Positions 39,149 to 49,492 are shown, counted from the stretch's first letter. The stretch is DNA of 64,000 nt from an uncultured cyanobacterium (GCA_963793265.1 CAWBZI010000001.1:1664001-1728000), one strand, 5' to 3'. The notes: generated by a model from the sequence alone, not told the origin. Translations and numbers: made by a program.

Positions 39149-40999
39149 TCAAACCGCAGACAACAGCTCTCGCCGCGCAGCCTGATCTTCAGACTGCGCC
39201 TCAGGATGCTCGCTGAGCGCCTGATCAGCAATAGGTTGTCCCACCGTCGCCGGATTCTCTAAGCCAACATCGCTACAGTGCGGATCAATTCCCAACCCCT
39301 GCCTCGGATAGTCCTTACAAACAATCCGATACTCTTCAATCGCCCTAAACAAGTCTTCTTTTGAAAGCTCATTCAAATAGCCACACTGACCGATCTCACC
39401 TTTAGGCAAAGGCGCAACCAAGTTCTGTCCACGCTTTTGAAAAATCTTTTCTTGTGAAGCCCAAAGCGTCTCTTTGTTTTCTAGCACCTCATGCCACAGG
39501 CTCAGCCCAAAGGTACTGATCAGCCGCATAATGCGATCGCACTCCTGCTTACTAATCCAGTTCAGCTTATGGCTGAGGTACGCCCCAAATCCCATGCCAA
39601 TCGCAACCGCGTGACCATGCAGCAAGCCTGCCTCAATCTCAAAGCCGGGCGACCACGTATGGCCGTAGGCATGAGGGCGGCACTGATGCGTTTCGTATAG
39701 GTTGTTGTACTCAGCAGCAACATAGCTGCGAATGGCACCGCCTAGAATCTTCTTAGAAAGGGTGTTGATGCGATCGCGCTCCTCACTACCAATCTTCTCA
39801 CCCTCGCCTTCCTCACAGTTCAGCGTTCCAAACCGGGTGGAAATCAGCGCCGCGCCTGCCTTCTCCAAATCATCAAACAGCTCAGCATCTTTCACCACCG
39901 CCATTTTGATAATTTCAATAATGCCGTGCCGCAGCCAGCCTTCTCTCAGCGTCTTAAAAAAGAACCGATCGGTAAGAGATAAAACAGGCGGATGATACGC
40001 GCCAAAAAGATTCTTATAGCCAAAGCCATCGCAGCAGGTACGCGGCGAAGGGCCAGCATCTACGCCCGCCACAATCGAGGTTGAGAGCATTACATAGGGC
40101 GTATTGCGATGATACAGCGCGCAGGCTAGCCCGCCCGTATCGGCTAGCACCCCGCCGCCAACAATCAGCACAGGTTCGTTACGAGAAATCCCTAGCCGCT
40201 TAAAGTCACCTAGCATTTTCTCGACAGTATAGATGCCTTTATCGACCTCCATCGCTCGGTATACGAGCTTTTCTAACGGAATGCCGTGATAGTCAAAGTA
40301 GTGCTCTAGCTGCTCGCCGTAAAACTGCTCTACGTTTTGATCGACTAGGCAAACGCAGCGGCTCTGTGAAACATAAACGTCTTTAAGCGCCGTTTGAGAA
40401 GGGTCGAGCGTATGGTCAACGATGCGAATGGAGGTAAACGTGCGAGAGCCCACCACCGCTTCAATCACCTGATCGTCTGCGGTACTTTCAACAGATCCGA
40501 CGCTTTCTCTGTAGCTAGAAGTAGGGTAGATAGCGTGAGGATTTGCTTTCACTAGGCGCTCTGATAGCTCTGTGTAAAAGGCTCTGCGAGCGCCCTTCAA
40601 AAGATAGTTCAACAGCTTCTCATCGCGACATTCAGAGTGACTCACCGCCATCGCAAACTCATACCAAAGCCCACCTTCAGCTTTATCGAAGGCGGCTACT
40701 AGCTCTGCTAAAGCTGTGAAAAAACGGCTCAGCGAAAAGTTCAAACAGCTCCGAAGGCTTCGGCAGGTTGATATGCCTGAAACTGCACTAGCAGCAGCAA
40801 ATTCTTTACCCAGCTTGTCACTAAAGGCAGGGGCGTCAATCAGCGCTAGCAGTAAACTGCCAAGGCTTTCACTAGAAAGGATGGTGTCGAGGCGTGCGCT
40901 TAAGTCTTGAGAGGAAAGCGCGCTGTCTTCTCGGACAAAATTATTCTGGGCACAAGAGATAAAAGACTCAATTGCCGCGGTCGTCGTCGATAGGGTCAT
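39149..40999 (-). CDS. mysA: sedoheptulose 7-phosphate cyclase / demethyl-4-deoxygadusol synthase, long form
   Basis: GGGVLADTGG, YKNLFGAYHPP, EIIKMA, AYGHTWSP, LLHGHAV; divergent from mysB-mysC. Confidence 0.88.
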   Translation of the reverse strand: MTLSTTTAAIESFISCAQNNFVREDSALSSQDLSARLDTILSSESLGSLLLALIDAPAFSDKLGKEFAAASAVSGISTCRSLRSCLNFSLSRFFTALAELVAAFDKAEGGLWYEFAMAVSHSECRDEKLLNYLLKGARRAFYTELSERLVKANPHAIYPTSSYRESVGSVESTADDQVIEAVVGSRTFTSIRIVDHTLDPSQTALKDVYVSQSRCVCLVDQNVEQFYGEQLEHYFDYHGIPLEKLVYRAMEVDKGIYTVEKMLGDFKRLGISRNEPVLIVGGGVLADTGGLACALYHRNTPYVMLSTSIVAGVDAGPSPRTCCDGFGYKNLFGAYHPPVLSLTDRFFFKTLREGWLRHGIIEIIKMAVVKDAELFDDLEKAGAALISTRFGTLNCEEGEGEKIGSEERDRINTLSKKILGGAIRSYVAAEYNNLYETHQCRPHAYGHTWSPGFEIEAGLLHGHAVAIGMGFGAYLSHKLNWISKQECDRIMRLISTFGLSLWHEVLENKETLWASQEKIFQKRGQNLVAPLPKGEIGQCGYLNELSKEDLFRAIEEYRIVCKDYPRQGLGIDPHCSDVGLENPATVGQPIADQALSEHPEAQSEDQAARRELLSAV

Positions 41000-41493
41000 T
41001 TGCGAGGAAGCTTAAAGGGGAGATAGCACAAGCGAAGCGTTTTGTTTAGCCGAATTTATTTAGATTAGATTGGTTTGTTAAGGCGTCTCTTCTATGAGTA
41101 CTCTAACACAGCTTTTATGCGGGCAAGGTGATCCTACTGAAAAACTTTGATATTTTGAAACCCAATCATGACAAGGTTTACGGCTACTCACAGTGATGTA
41201 CTGTAGTCAATACGTCCTTTGAATTATTTCTGTACCCCTCGGGTTGAAAAGGCGTCAATAAAACACGCACATCACATTCTTTGTATCTTAGGATAGCGCC
41301 CGCAGCTTTTATGACGGGCTTCGAGAATGAATCCTTCTTTAGATAGAGAGAAGAGTGAGAGGCGATCGCACACAGTACTCGTTGCCACTAGCTGAAAATG
41401 CGCTAACAAGATGTGATTGCAAGAACGTGTAAGAAGACATAAGTTAGTAAAACGAAGCGAAATTATTAGGGCACCCGTAGGGATTACTTGAAC

Positions 41494-42399
41494 ATGGTCA
41501 GCGCCGCAGAAAAGAGAACACCTCACCCCATTGCCCAGGCAGACACTCAACAGACTTCTCCGATTGCGGCTAGGCCCGTAACGCCTCTAGGAATCCTCGT
41601 TGAGCAGCTAGAGGAAATTGTTAATCTCTCTGAAGTCCAAACGATCTCGACCCCGTTAAAAACCGCGATTAAAGAAGCCTATCAGTTAGCAGCAGGACTC
41701 GATCCTTATCTCGAAAGCTGCACAACGGCTGAGTCAGCGGCGCTCTTTAAGCTCGCGCAAAAAACGCAGCAGACAGACTGGAGCAAGCATTTTGACGATG
41801 GCGAAACCGTCCGGGCACTAGAGCAAGAGATGCTTTCGGGCCATATTGAAGGGCAGCTACTCAAGATGTTAGTTTCTATCAGCGGCGCTAAGCGGGTGCT
41901 AGAAGTTGGCATGTTTACCGGGTATTCAGCACTAGCGATCGCTGAGGCGCTTCCTGAAGATGGTCACCTGCTCGCCTGCGAAGTAGACGACTACGCCGCT
42001 CAGTTTGCTCAATCGTGTTTTGCCGATTCTCCTCATGGTTCTAAAATTAAGGTGAGCGTTGCCCCTGCAATTGAAACAATGCGATCGCTTGCAAAATCGG
42101 GAGACACCTTCGATCTTGCCTTCATTGATGCTGACAAAGGCGGCTACATAGACTACGTAAATCTGTTGTTAGAGAGCACCTTACTTGCACCCAACGGCTT
42201 CATTTGTGTAGACAACACACTTATGCAAGGGCAGCCTTACCTGCCAGAGCACAAACGCGCTGAGAACGGCAGATTGATTGCCAAGTTCAACCAGTTTGTC
42301 ACTGAAGATTCTCGCATCGAGCAGGTGATGCTACCGCTACGAGACGGCTTTACCATCATCAAACGCAAAAACAGACGCACAGACAAACGAGAAGACTAA
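41494..42399 (+). CDS. mysB: 4-deoxygadusol O-methyltransferase
   Basis: ARPVTPLGILV, LEQEMLSGHIEGQ, LEVGMFTGYS, FIDADK, CVDNTL, LPLRDG. Confidence 0.93.
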   Translation: MVSAAEKRTPHPIAQADTQQTSPIAARPVTPLGILVEQLEEIVNLSEVQTISTPLKTAIKEAYQLAAGLDPYLESCTTAESAALFKLAQKTQQTDWSKHFDDGETVRALEQEMLSGHIEGQLLKMLVSISGAKRVLEVGMFTGYSALAIAEALPEDGHLLACEVDDYAAQFAQSCFADSPHGSKIKVSVAPAIETMRSLAKSGDTFDLAFIDADKGGYIDYVNLLLESTLLAPNGFICVDNTLMQGQPYLPEHKRAENGRLIAKFNQFVTEDSRIEQVMLPLRDGFTIIKRKNRRTDKRED

Positions 42400-42408
42400 C
42401 CGCAGGCA

Positions 42409-43761
42409 ATGACTACAACCCCGCTCGTTTCAGACAATAATCCAACAGTTATCAAGAGCGTCGGTACGCTGGTTCTGCTACTGCTGTTGCTTCCGTTTAA
42501 CTTAGCCGCGATTCTGTGGTCTTCAGTAGGCGGTTTCTTCCACAGATCCGAGGGGCTAAACACCGCCACGGGCGAGAAAAAGAGAATATTGATCACAGGC
42601 GCTAAGATGACGAAGGCGTTGCAGCTAGCGAGATCTTTTCACCGAGATGGCCATGAGGTGTATTTGGTAGAAACGCATAAGTATTGGCTGTCGGGCCATC
42701 GGTTTTCGCGGGCGGTTAAGGGCTTTTTTACGGTGCCTGTGCCTGAAGAAGATGCTGATGGGTATTGTGCGGCGCTAGTTGCGATCGCCCAGCAAAACAA
42801 CATCGATCTGTTTGTACCTGTCTCTAGCCCTATTGCTAGCTACTATGATTCTTTGGCCAAGCGATCGCTAGCACCTTACTGCGAGTCACTTCATTTAGAT
42901 CCTGAAATAACAGAAACCCTAGATAACAAATATGCCTTTTGCAAAAAAGCCAGTGAGCTAGGGCTTTCTACACCTAAAGTATTTTGCATCACCGATCCGC
43001 AGCAAATACTAGACTTCGACTTTCAAGCAGACGGCAGCCAATACATTGTCAAAAGTATTCCTTACGACTCGGTGCTACGGCTAGATTTAACCAAGCTGCC
43101 GTTTGACGGAATGAAAGACTACGTGCGCGGTTTACCTATTAGTGAAGAAAAGCCCTGGGTGATGCAAGAGTTCATTCGCGGTCAGGAATATTGCTTTCAT
43201 GCCACCGCGCGTAAGGGCAAAATTCGGCTGCACTGCTGCTCAAAGTCTTCTCCTTTTCAAATCAACTACGAACAGGTAGACGTTCCTGAAATTTATCAGT
43301 GGGTAGACACGTTCGTTCGCAAAATGAACATAACCGGGCAGGTGTGTTTCGACATGATTCAAACTGATGGTGGCACCGTATACCCGATTGAATGCAACCC
43401 GCGTTTGCACTCAGCGATCACGATGTTTCACGATCATCCTGGCGTTGCCAAAGCCTACCTGTTTGATGGCGATGATCAAGAAGCGCCAATTACACCTTTA
43501 CCCGAGAGCAAGCCGACCTATTGGACATACCACGAGCTATGGCGACTGCTAAGCGTTCGGTCTTTAGACGAGCTAAAAGCCTGGTGGCAAAAGATGGCCC
43601 AGGGCACAGACGCCGTTTTACATCCCAGCGATCCGCTACCCTTTCTCATGCTTCACAACTGGCAAATTCCGCTGCTGTTAATTGACAACCTTCGCCGCCT
43701 TAAAGGCTGGGTGAAAATAGACTTTAACATCGGTAAGCTCGTTGAGCTAGGGGGAGACTGA
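42409..43761 (+). CDS. mysC: ATP-grasp mycosporine-glycine ligase
   Basis: KMTKALQLARSF, HKYWLSGHRFS, KSIPYDSV, IECNPR, IDFNIGKLVELGGD. Confidence 0.95.
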   Translation: MTTTPLVSDNNPTVIKSVGTLVLLLLLLPFNLAAILWSSVGGFFHRSEGLNTATGEKKRILITGAKMTKALQLARSFHRDGHEVYLVETHKYWLSGHRFSRAVKGFFTVPVPEEDADGYCAALVAIAQQNNIDLFVPVSSPIASYYDSLAKRSLAPYCESLHLDPEITETLDNKYAFCKKASELGLSTPKVFCITDPQQILDFDFQADGSQYIVKSIPYDSVLRLDLTKLPFDGMKDYVRGLPISEEKPWVMQEFIRGQEYCFHATARKGKIRLHCCSKSSPFQINYEQVDVPEIYQWVDTFVRKMNITGQVCFDMIQTDGGTVYPIECNPRLHSAITMFHDHPGVAKAYLFDGDDQEAPITPLPESKPTYWTYHELWRLLSVRSLDELKAWWQKMAQGTDAVLHPSDPLPFLMLHNWQIPLLLIDNLRRLKGWVKIDFNIGKLVELGGD

Positions 43762-43808
43762 ATAGTTGCGATCGCCCCACCCCAACAATAGCCCCACCCC
43801 ATAAAGCA

Positions 43809-44876
43809 ATGACAGCAACAACCGCAAGCCCCGACACTCCCAACACCGAAGCCAAGCAAAGAGTCTTCGACTTGATGCTCACCTTCGTCAAAAGCCAGTG
43901 CCTTTATGTCGGCACCCGCTTAGGCATTTTCAACTTATTAGACGACAAAGGCGAACAAAGCGTAGAAAGTCTTGCTAGTGAAACAAACACCGATGCTGAA
44001 AGGCTCTACTTTGTGCTGCGAGCGCTCGCCCATGTAGACGTACTTGAAGAGAAACCCGGCAGAGTGTTTGCACCTACCGAAACCTCTACGCTGCTGGTCA
44101 CCAATAAAAAGCCCTCGGCTGGCCATTTAGCCATGCATCTAATCGAGCCTGCACAGTGGGACGCGTGGAAAGTCCTACCCGAAGGTTTAGCGCAAGGCGT
44201 TGTCCCTTTTGAGCTAGCAAACGGCAAAGGCGTCTACCAGTATTGCTACGACAACGAGTGGAGCAAAGAGACTTTTATCAAAGCCATGAGCTTTCTTACC
44301 GGCTCGCAGGTAGATGGTCTGTTAGATGCCTACGACTTCGGCCAGTTTGAAACGGTGATGGACGTGGGCGGCGGACAGGGTGGGCTAATTGCGAGCATTG
44401 TTAAACGGTACGGCTGCAAGGGTATCTTGTTCGACTTGCCAGATGTTACCGAGACGGCTAAAGACTACATGGCGAGCCAGGGCATTGAGCCTGGCCAAAT
44501 CGAGATAAAAGTAGGCGATGTGTTTGAATCGGTGCCAGCCGGGGCGAATGCCATTGTGATGAAGCATTTTATATCGGCGTGGAGCGACGCGGATGCGATG
44601 AAAATTTTGGCGAACTGTAGGGCGGCACTGCCCAAAGACGGCAGGCTAATTTTGCTACAGTCTTTTGTGCCCGATATTGATGAGCCAAAGACTGAGGCTG
44701 ACGGGATTATGCCCGGCATTTTTGCAGTGCAGATTAATGTGGCAACCCCAGGCGGTGGGTGGCGCACTAAAAAGCAGTTTCAAACGCTGTTTGAAAAGAG
44801 CGGATTTCGGCTAGAGAAGATTATTAAAACAGACAATAGTCTTTCGGGGATGGAATTTAGTATCACAGAGACGTAA
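43809..44876 (+). CDS. SAM-dependent methyltransferase (dimerisation + Methyltransf_2 type)
   Basis: N-terminal LGIFNLL wHTH dimerisation domain, MDVGGGQG, LFDLP, GDVF. Confidence 0.9.
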   Translation: MTATTASPDTPNTEAKQRVFDLMLTFVKSQCLYVGTRLGIFNLLDDKGEQSVESLASETNTDAERLYFVLRALAHVDVLEEKPGRVFAPTETSTLLVTNKKPSAGHLAMHLIEPAQWDAWKVLPEGLAQGVVPFELANGKGVYQYCYDNEWSKETFIKAMSFLTGSQVDGLLDAYDFGQFETVMDVGGGQGGLIASIVKRYGCKGILFDLPDVTETAKDYMASQGIEPGQIEIKVGDVFESVPAGANAIVMKHFISAWSDADAMKILANCRAALPKDGRLILLQSFVPDIDEPKTEADGIMPGIFAVQINVATPGGGWRTKKQFQTLFEKSGFRLEKIIKTDNSLSGMEFSITET

Positions 44877-45013
44877 GGCACAGGCGATCTTCGGCAAGTG
44901 GGACTCTTGATAGCTTTTTAAGGATAGTTACAGTTTCAGCACAGCGCGATCACAGCGATCGCACCACCTGATAACCTGCAACTACCCCCTTCAAGCACAC
45001 TCGCCGCAAACAT

Positions 45014-46225
45014 ATGAACGATTTGGGTAAGACCTTGGCCGACAAGGTCGATACCGTTATTGACCTATGGGTTGATAAAGTCCGTCAGGACATAGAAATC
45101 GACAGTAATCGAGACATGACCTACGAGGCCGTTCACAACGGCTTGCCGGGTGTTTTAGCGTCGGTGGCTACGCTGCTAACAGCGGCATTTGCTGATGAAG
45201 ACGTTGCCTTAGAAGAAGATGCCACAGAGCATGGATCTGTGCGCGCAGAACAAGGATTTGATATTGCTGAGCTGATCCGTGAGTACCGAACGCTTAATGC
45301 TGTGCTGATTACCGTGCTAGAGCCCGATCTGATGACCGGGACAGTACCGGAGGTCGTCAAAGCAATGCGTCAAATAGACAAGGTGCTCGATACTGTCGTA
45401 CTGCTATCGGTAGAAAGCTACGTCAGCCATAAGCTTAGCCTACTAGAGAGAATGCACGCTCAGCTATTACTGACCAATCAAGAGCTGATGCGCCTGGTCG
45501 AAATTCAAAAAGACAGCGTTTCTCATTTGGCCCATGAGCTAAAAAATCCGCTGAACGCAATTATCGGATTCTCTACCATCCTGCTTCGCAAACAGCGCCA
45601 AGAACTCGCCCAGCAGCAGCCTAGCGCGATAGAAATGAGGCAGGTAGAGCGAATTTTGAATAACGGGCAGCAGCTTTTGCGACTCATCAATAACACGCTA
45701 GAATCCTCGCGCACTGAGTCTTCACAGCTCACTGTGAAAATGGAGCCTGTTCAGGTTGCGATGTTGGTGAACACAGTCGCTGATTCTTTTGAGACGAGCG
45801 TTCAAGAGAAGTCAATCGCCCTGAGCGTAGATTGCGATCGCGCGCCCACCCAGGTCACCACCGACAGCCTTCGCCTACAGCAAATTTTGACCAATCTCAT
45901 TAGCAATGCGATCCGCTATACGGATCAAGGCTCTATCAGCGTTACCTGCCGCGAAGTCGGAGATGGGCACTGGGCTATCACCGTCTGCGACACCGGCAAA
46001 GGCATCCCACCTGATCTGCACACCAAAATATTCGAGCCCTACTTTCGAGCTGGCGAGGCTAGCGAGTACGTTCCTGAGAGCAGTGGCCTTGGCCTTACCA
46101 TCGTCAATAAGCTTGTGCAGCTACTTCAAGGCAGCATCGAACTCACCTCAGCCGTGGATGAAGGATCTACCTTTGTGGTTACTTTGCCCCTCGCCTTTAA
46201 ATCACCGCTGCCGCAGGGAAGCTGA
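45014..46225 (+). CDS. cytoplasmic sensor histidine kinase with RsbRD-N-like input domain
   Basis: EHGSVRAEQGFDIAELIREY; HELKNPL, NLISNA, DTGKGI, GLGL. Confidence 0.9.
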   Translation: MNDLGKTLADKVDTVIDLWVDKVRQDIEIDSNRDMTYEAVHNGLPGVLASVATLLTAAFADEDVALEEDATEHGSVRAEQGFDIAELIREYRTLNAVLITVLEPDLMTGTVPEVVKAMRQIDKVLDTVVLLSVESYVSHKLSLLERMHAQLLLTNQELMRLVEIQKDSVSHLAHELKNPLNAIIGFSTILLRKQRQELAQQQPSAIEMRQVERILNNGQQLLRLINNTLESSRTESSQLTVKMEPVQVAMLVNTVADSFETSVQEKSIALSVDCDRAPTQVTTDSLRLQQILTNLISNAIRYTDQGSISVTCREVGDGHWAITVCDTGKGIPPDLHTKIFEPYFRAGEASEYVPESSGLGLTIVNKLVQLLQGSIELTSAVDEGSTFVVTLPLAFKSPLPQGS

Positions 46226-46247
46226 AGTGTAGTTTTGGCTAACCGAT

Positions 46248-47453
46248 TTACGACTCAAGCCGGGCAATCGCAATACTCCGATAGTAGTGCTGCAAAATCT
46301 GCTCATAGCTCCACCCTTGCTCGGCTAAGCTTCTTGCGCCCCACTGGCTCATCCCTACGCCATGACCAAAGCCAGAGCCGGTGATCTTCACAGTATCAGT
46401 CGCTTCGCTCAGCTCAATATTAAAGCGAGTGCTACGCAAGCGCAGAGCCGAGCGAACATCGCGGCCTCGGAGGGTTTTGGTGCCTTCATCGCCAGCGATC
46501 GCAATCGAAGCCACCCGGCCTAATGCCGTCATCTGAGGCGTCCCAATACTCTCTACCGTGCCAATATCGCCAATCTTTTCACTAAACTCTTCAAAGCTAA
46601 AGGTTTCTTGCCAGGTGAACACAGGCGAGCTGTGGTCGTAGTCCTCTACGCCTTGCAGGTAGGGCACATCGCTACTCCATACGTCACGGGCGTTTTCAGT
46701 GAAGCCGCCTGAGGAAGAGTGAAAGATTGCTTCAATCACCTGACCGTTATGCGTGGCGACCTGACTGGTCGTAGCATCGACAGCGGCGATGGTGCTAGGG
46801 GCTTCTTGCTCTAGACCTTTGTACACCTGAAACGTGGTGGTGGCGTCTACGTCGTAGAGTGGGTTAGTGTTGCGCGATCGCTTATAAAGCGCATAGGATC
46901 TGGCCGCCACCGCCTGAGACTGTAGCGCCGCCTGCGGCCAGCTTGTCGGCATTTCACTGCCTACCACGCTATACAAATAATCTTCCAAATCAACGTAGTT
47001 AATCGCCGTTAGCTCGCCATCTTCGAGCGTCACCAGCACCCGCCCGCGATACCACTTTTCACCAATCCACACAAACCCATCTTCGCTGGGCTCCAGCCAA
47101 AAAGCATTCGACTCCGAAAGGGTTTCGCCCCCGTTGGTCAAATCAACTTCATTGCCGTCCGCTTTAATGCTGATGCCCTGAAGCTCAGGAAGCTGATAGA
47201 GCGCTTCACCGTTGCCATCGCTGATGACGCCGAGTGTGGAGCTGCCGACGGTGATGGACTCGCTGCCTTGCGCGATCGCAACTCTCATCTCCACAGCCGC
47301 CTGCGCCGGTAGCACCAGCAAAGCCCACAGCAGCCCGCCGCCTATCCAGCTCAACCCTCGGCGCAGTGTTGATTTAGTCACGCGCGTTTTGCTCGGAGCA
47401 ATCGTCAGGCTAAACAGCCAGTTTTTAGCAAAAGAAGTCGTCTGTACAGCCAT
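46248..47453 (-). CDS. SpoIID/LytB domain protein
   Basis: YRG, LEDYLYSVVGSEM, QAVAARSYA, QVYKG, FHSSSGG, GFGHGVGMSQWGA. Confidence 0.93.
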   Translation of the reverse strand: MAVQTTSFAKNWLFSLTIAPSKTRVTKSTLRRGLSWIGGGLLWALLVLPAQAAVEMRVAIAQGSESITVGSSTLGVISDGNGEALYQLPELQGISIKADGNEVDLTNGGETLSESNAFWLEPSEDGFVWIGEKWYRGRVLVTLEDGELTAINYVDLEDYLYSVVGSEMPTSWPQAALQSQAVAARSYALYKRSRNTNPLYDVDATTTFQVYKGLEQEAPSTIAAVDATTSQVATHNGQVIEAIFHSSSGGFTENARDVWSSDVPYLQGVEDYDHSSPVFTWQETFSFEEFSEKIGDIGTVESIGTPQMTALGRVASIAIAGDEGTKTLRGRDVRSALRLRSTRFNIELSEATDTVKITGSGFGHGVGMSQWGARSLAEQGWSYEQILQHYYRSIAIARLES

Positions 47454-47629
47454 GATGGGGAGCTAATGTGTGAGACAGCAAAAAATCCAAAGGGGGAATT
47501 GATATCTATCAACCAAAGTTGAGATATTTTTTCAGCGTTCCCCAACCTTCCCTAAAATCTGAACATTTCCCAAGAAGCAGGGTGGCAGTTTAATAGTCGG
47601 CCCCTGAAAATATATATTTAGTTAGATGA

Positions 47630-48991
47630 CTACAGCAAGCCTGCCGTCTTGTACAAGCTTTCTAAACGCGCCAGAATCTTCTCGCCATACAGCGGATCGG
47701 CGGCCCACAAGTTGCTGAGCTGACCCACCAAAGGCGCAACGCCACGTCTGACAAAATCAAACCGAGGATCGACCCGTTCGCGAGCCAGCGGTTCTGTACT
47801 GGCATAGGCTTTGAGATGTTGAATTTGGGCTCTGACGCCAATCCGAGCGCTTTCAAACGTGGCTAAGTTACCCCCACCATCGGCTAAACCTGCAAAGTTA
47901 TTTTGAAACGGCTCTACCAGGCCCGGAAAGCGCAAAAAGTCGGTTTCTACGCACATCTGACAAAAGGCAATGTCATAGTCCACCCCTTCGATAGTGCCTT
48001 CTTGACGATAAATTTTAGGCAGGTCGGGAAACAGATCCAGGGCGCGGTCGTTTTCAGACCGTAAAAAAATAGCTAGCTGCGTTTCAGTCGTGCTGCCGTG
48101 GCTCATAATCACGTCAATGGTGCCAGGACAGACGCTAAGCACTGAGGCGGGTCTGAGCTGAAGCGTGCGGGTAGGCGCGTCCCAGCCAATTGCCACACTA
48201 AAAGGCTTAAGATCAACTGCCTTTACATACACCGCGCCGCGATAGCGCACCCGGCGAATATCCGCGTCACTAGAGAGATCGACGTTTAGCAGGTCGGCGA
48301 GGTCAATAGGAATGTAGGCATTGCCGCTGATGATGATGCCTTTTTCCTGATACGGCCCGCCGTTAATCTCGATATTGATGGTGGGATAGCTGGGAACGGT
48401 GGGTTCTGGCGGGGTAGGTGTGCTGCCTGTAATCGCTTGACTCCAAGCGGCGAGGCCATTTGCCAGGCCAATTGCAAAGCTGCGGCGGCGCTGGGTGAGC
48501 AAAGCAAAGTCTTTGGCGTTCGTGAGGTAGGCGATTTCGGTGAGCAGGGCGGGCGGTACGGTTTGGCGAACGAAGGCGAGTCTGCCGGTGCCTGCGGCGG
48601 TGTCAGGGCGAACGCCTCGGCTCGGGAGTTCAGGAACTTCTTTAAGTAAGTTGAGCAGCACGAGTTCGGCTTGCTCGCGGCGATCGCGATTATTAGCAAT
48701 GTAATAAACCGTCGCCCCGCGTGTGGCCCGGTTGCTAAATTCTTCAGCGTGAATTTCTAGCGCTACGGCCCCTGGCCTTGTTCTAGCGTTAATCCAGCCA
48801 ATGCTTTGAGCCAGGCTCAGATCGTCTGGGACTGAGAGCACGTCATATCCGCGCGATCGCAATTCCGGCACAATCAAATCCCTCAGCGCAATCATCTCCT
48901 GCGCCTCATTCGTGCCCGCGACCCGTCCGCCCGTATCTCGAACGCCGCCTTCTATGCCACCGTGACCTGCTGAGATAAAAATCTGTGCCAT
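47630..48991 (-). CDS. tftA: Amidase_3 + glucosaminidase-like protein (TftA-like)
   Basis: IFISAGHGG, TNEAQEM, ALEIHA; C-terminal IAFCQMCVET, QNNFAGL, QHLKAYA, WAADP.YG. Confidence 0.75.
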   Translation of the reverse strand: MAQIFISAGHGGIEGGVRDTGGRVAGTNEAQEMIALRDLIVPELRSRGYDVLSVPDDLSLAQSIGWINARTRPGAVALEIHAEEFSNRATRGATVYYIANNRDRREQAELVLLNLLKEVPELPSRGVRPDTAAGTGRLAFVRQTVPPALLTEIAYLTNAKDFALLTQRRRSFAIGLANGLAAWSQAITGSTPTPPEPTVPSYPTINIEINGGPYQEKGIIISGNAYIPIDLADLLNVDLSSDADIRRVRYRGAVYVKAVDLKPFSVAIGWDAPTRTLQLRPASVLSVCPGTIDVIMSHGSTTETQLAIFLRSENDRALDLFPDLPKIYRQEGTIEGVDYDIAFCQMCVETDFLRFPGLVEPFQNNFAGLADGGGNLATFESARIGVRAQIQHLKAYASTEPLARERVDPRFDFVRRGVAPLVGQLSNLWAADPLYGEKILARLESLYKTAGLL

Positions 48992-49132
48992 ACAAAAGGG
49001 TACTCGCTACTGTCTCTATCTGTGTTTTCGGGCATACCTTGCCCAAACAGGTCGATAATATCGCCAAACAACCTTAATTGATTTAGGCAAATAGCGGGTT
49101 AATCCTTTTCGCACGAATCCTTCACCCACGCT

Positions 49133-49492
49133 TCAGTCCGTCTTAGCGCCAGTGCTCGCCTCTTCTGCTTCCTTTGGTTTGCCAGCAAGCTTCCTGACTA
49201 AAATCTGAATGCCCAGCGCTGCAAGGCCAATAGCAGCCACCCCGAACACGCCAGCGCCCAGCGCCACCATCCCAACGACTAACGTCCGAACCGCTGAGGA
49301 AATATTCACAACTGCCGGATTTGAGGAGGTAACGGGTTTGTTTGCAAAGCTAGCGGCAATCGATACCGTCAGCCGATAGGCCAGTAGTGAAAACGTCCCT
49401 GCCGTCAGCGCACCCGTGAAGCACTGCAAAGGGGTAGCAGGTGGCTTACTCGACGTGTCTGTGCTGAGATTTGGGACTTCAGGCTTTTCCAT
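49133..49492 (-). CDS. DUF3082 family membrane protein
   Basis: TPLQCFTGA, FANKP, ISSAVRTLVVG; divergent from rsmA. Confidence 0.8.
   Translation of the reverse strand: MEKPEVPNLSTDTSSKPPATPLQCFTGALTAGTFSLLAYRLTVSIAASFANKPVTSSNPAVVNISSAVRTLVVGMVALGAGVFGVAAIGLAALGIQILVRKLAGKPKEAEEASTGAKTD

Noticed and set aside
43768..44962. HIP1 sites flanking the HIP1-free methyltransferase gene as evidence of HIP1-mediated insertion
   Set aside because: HIP1 is frequent enough that a 1-kb gap with flanking copies is unremarkable
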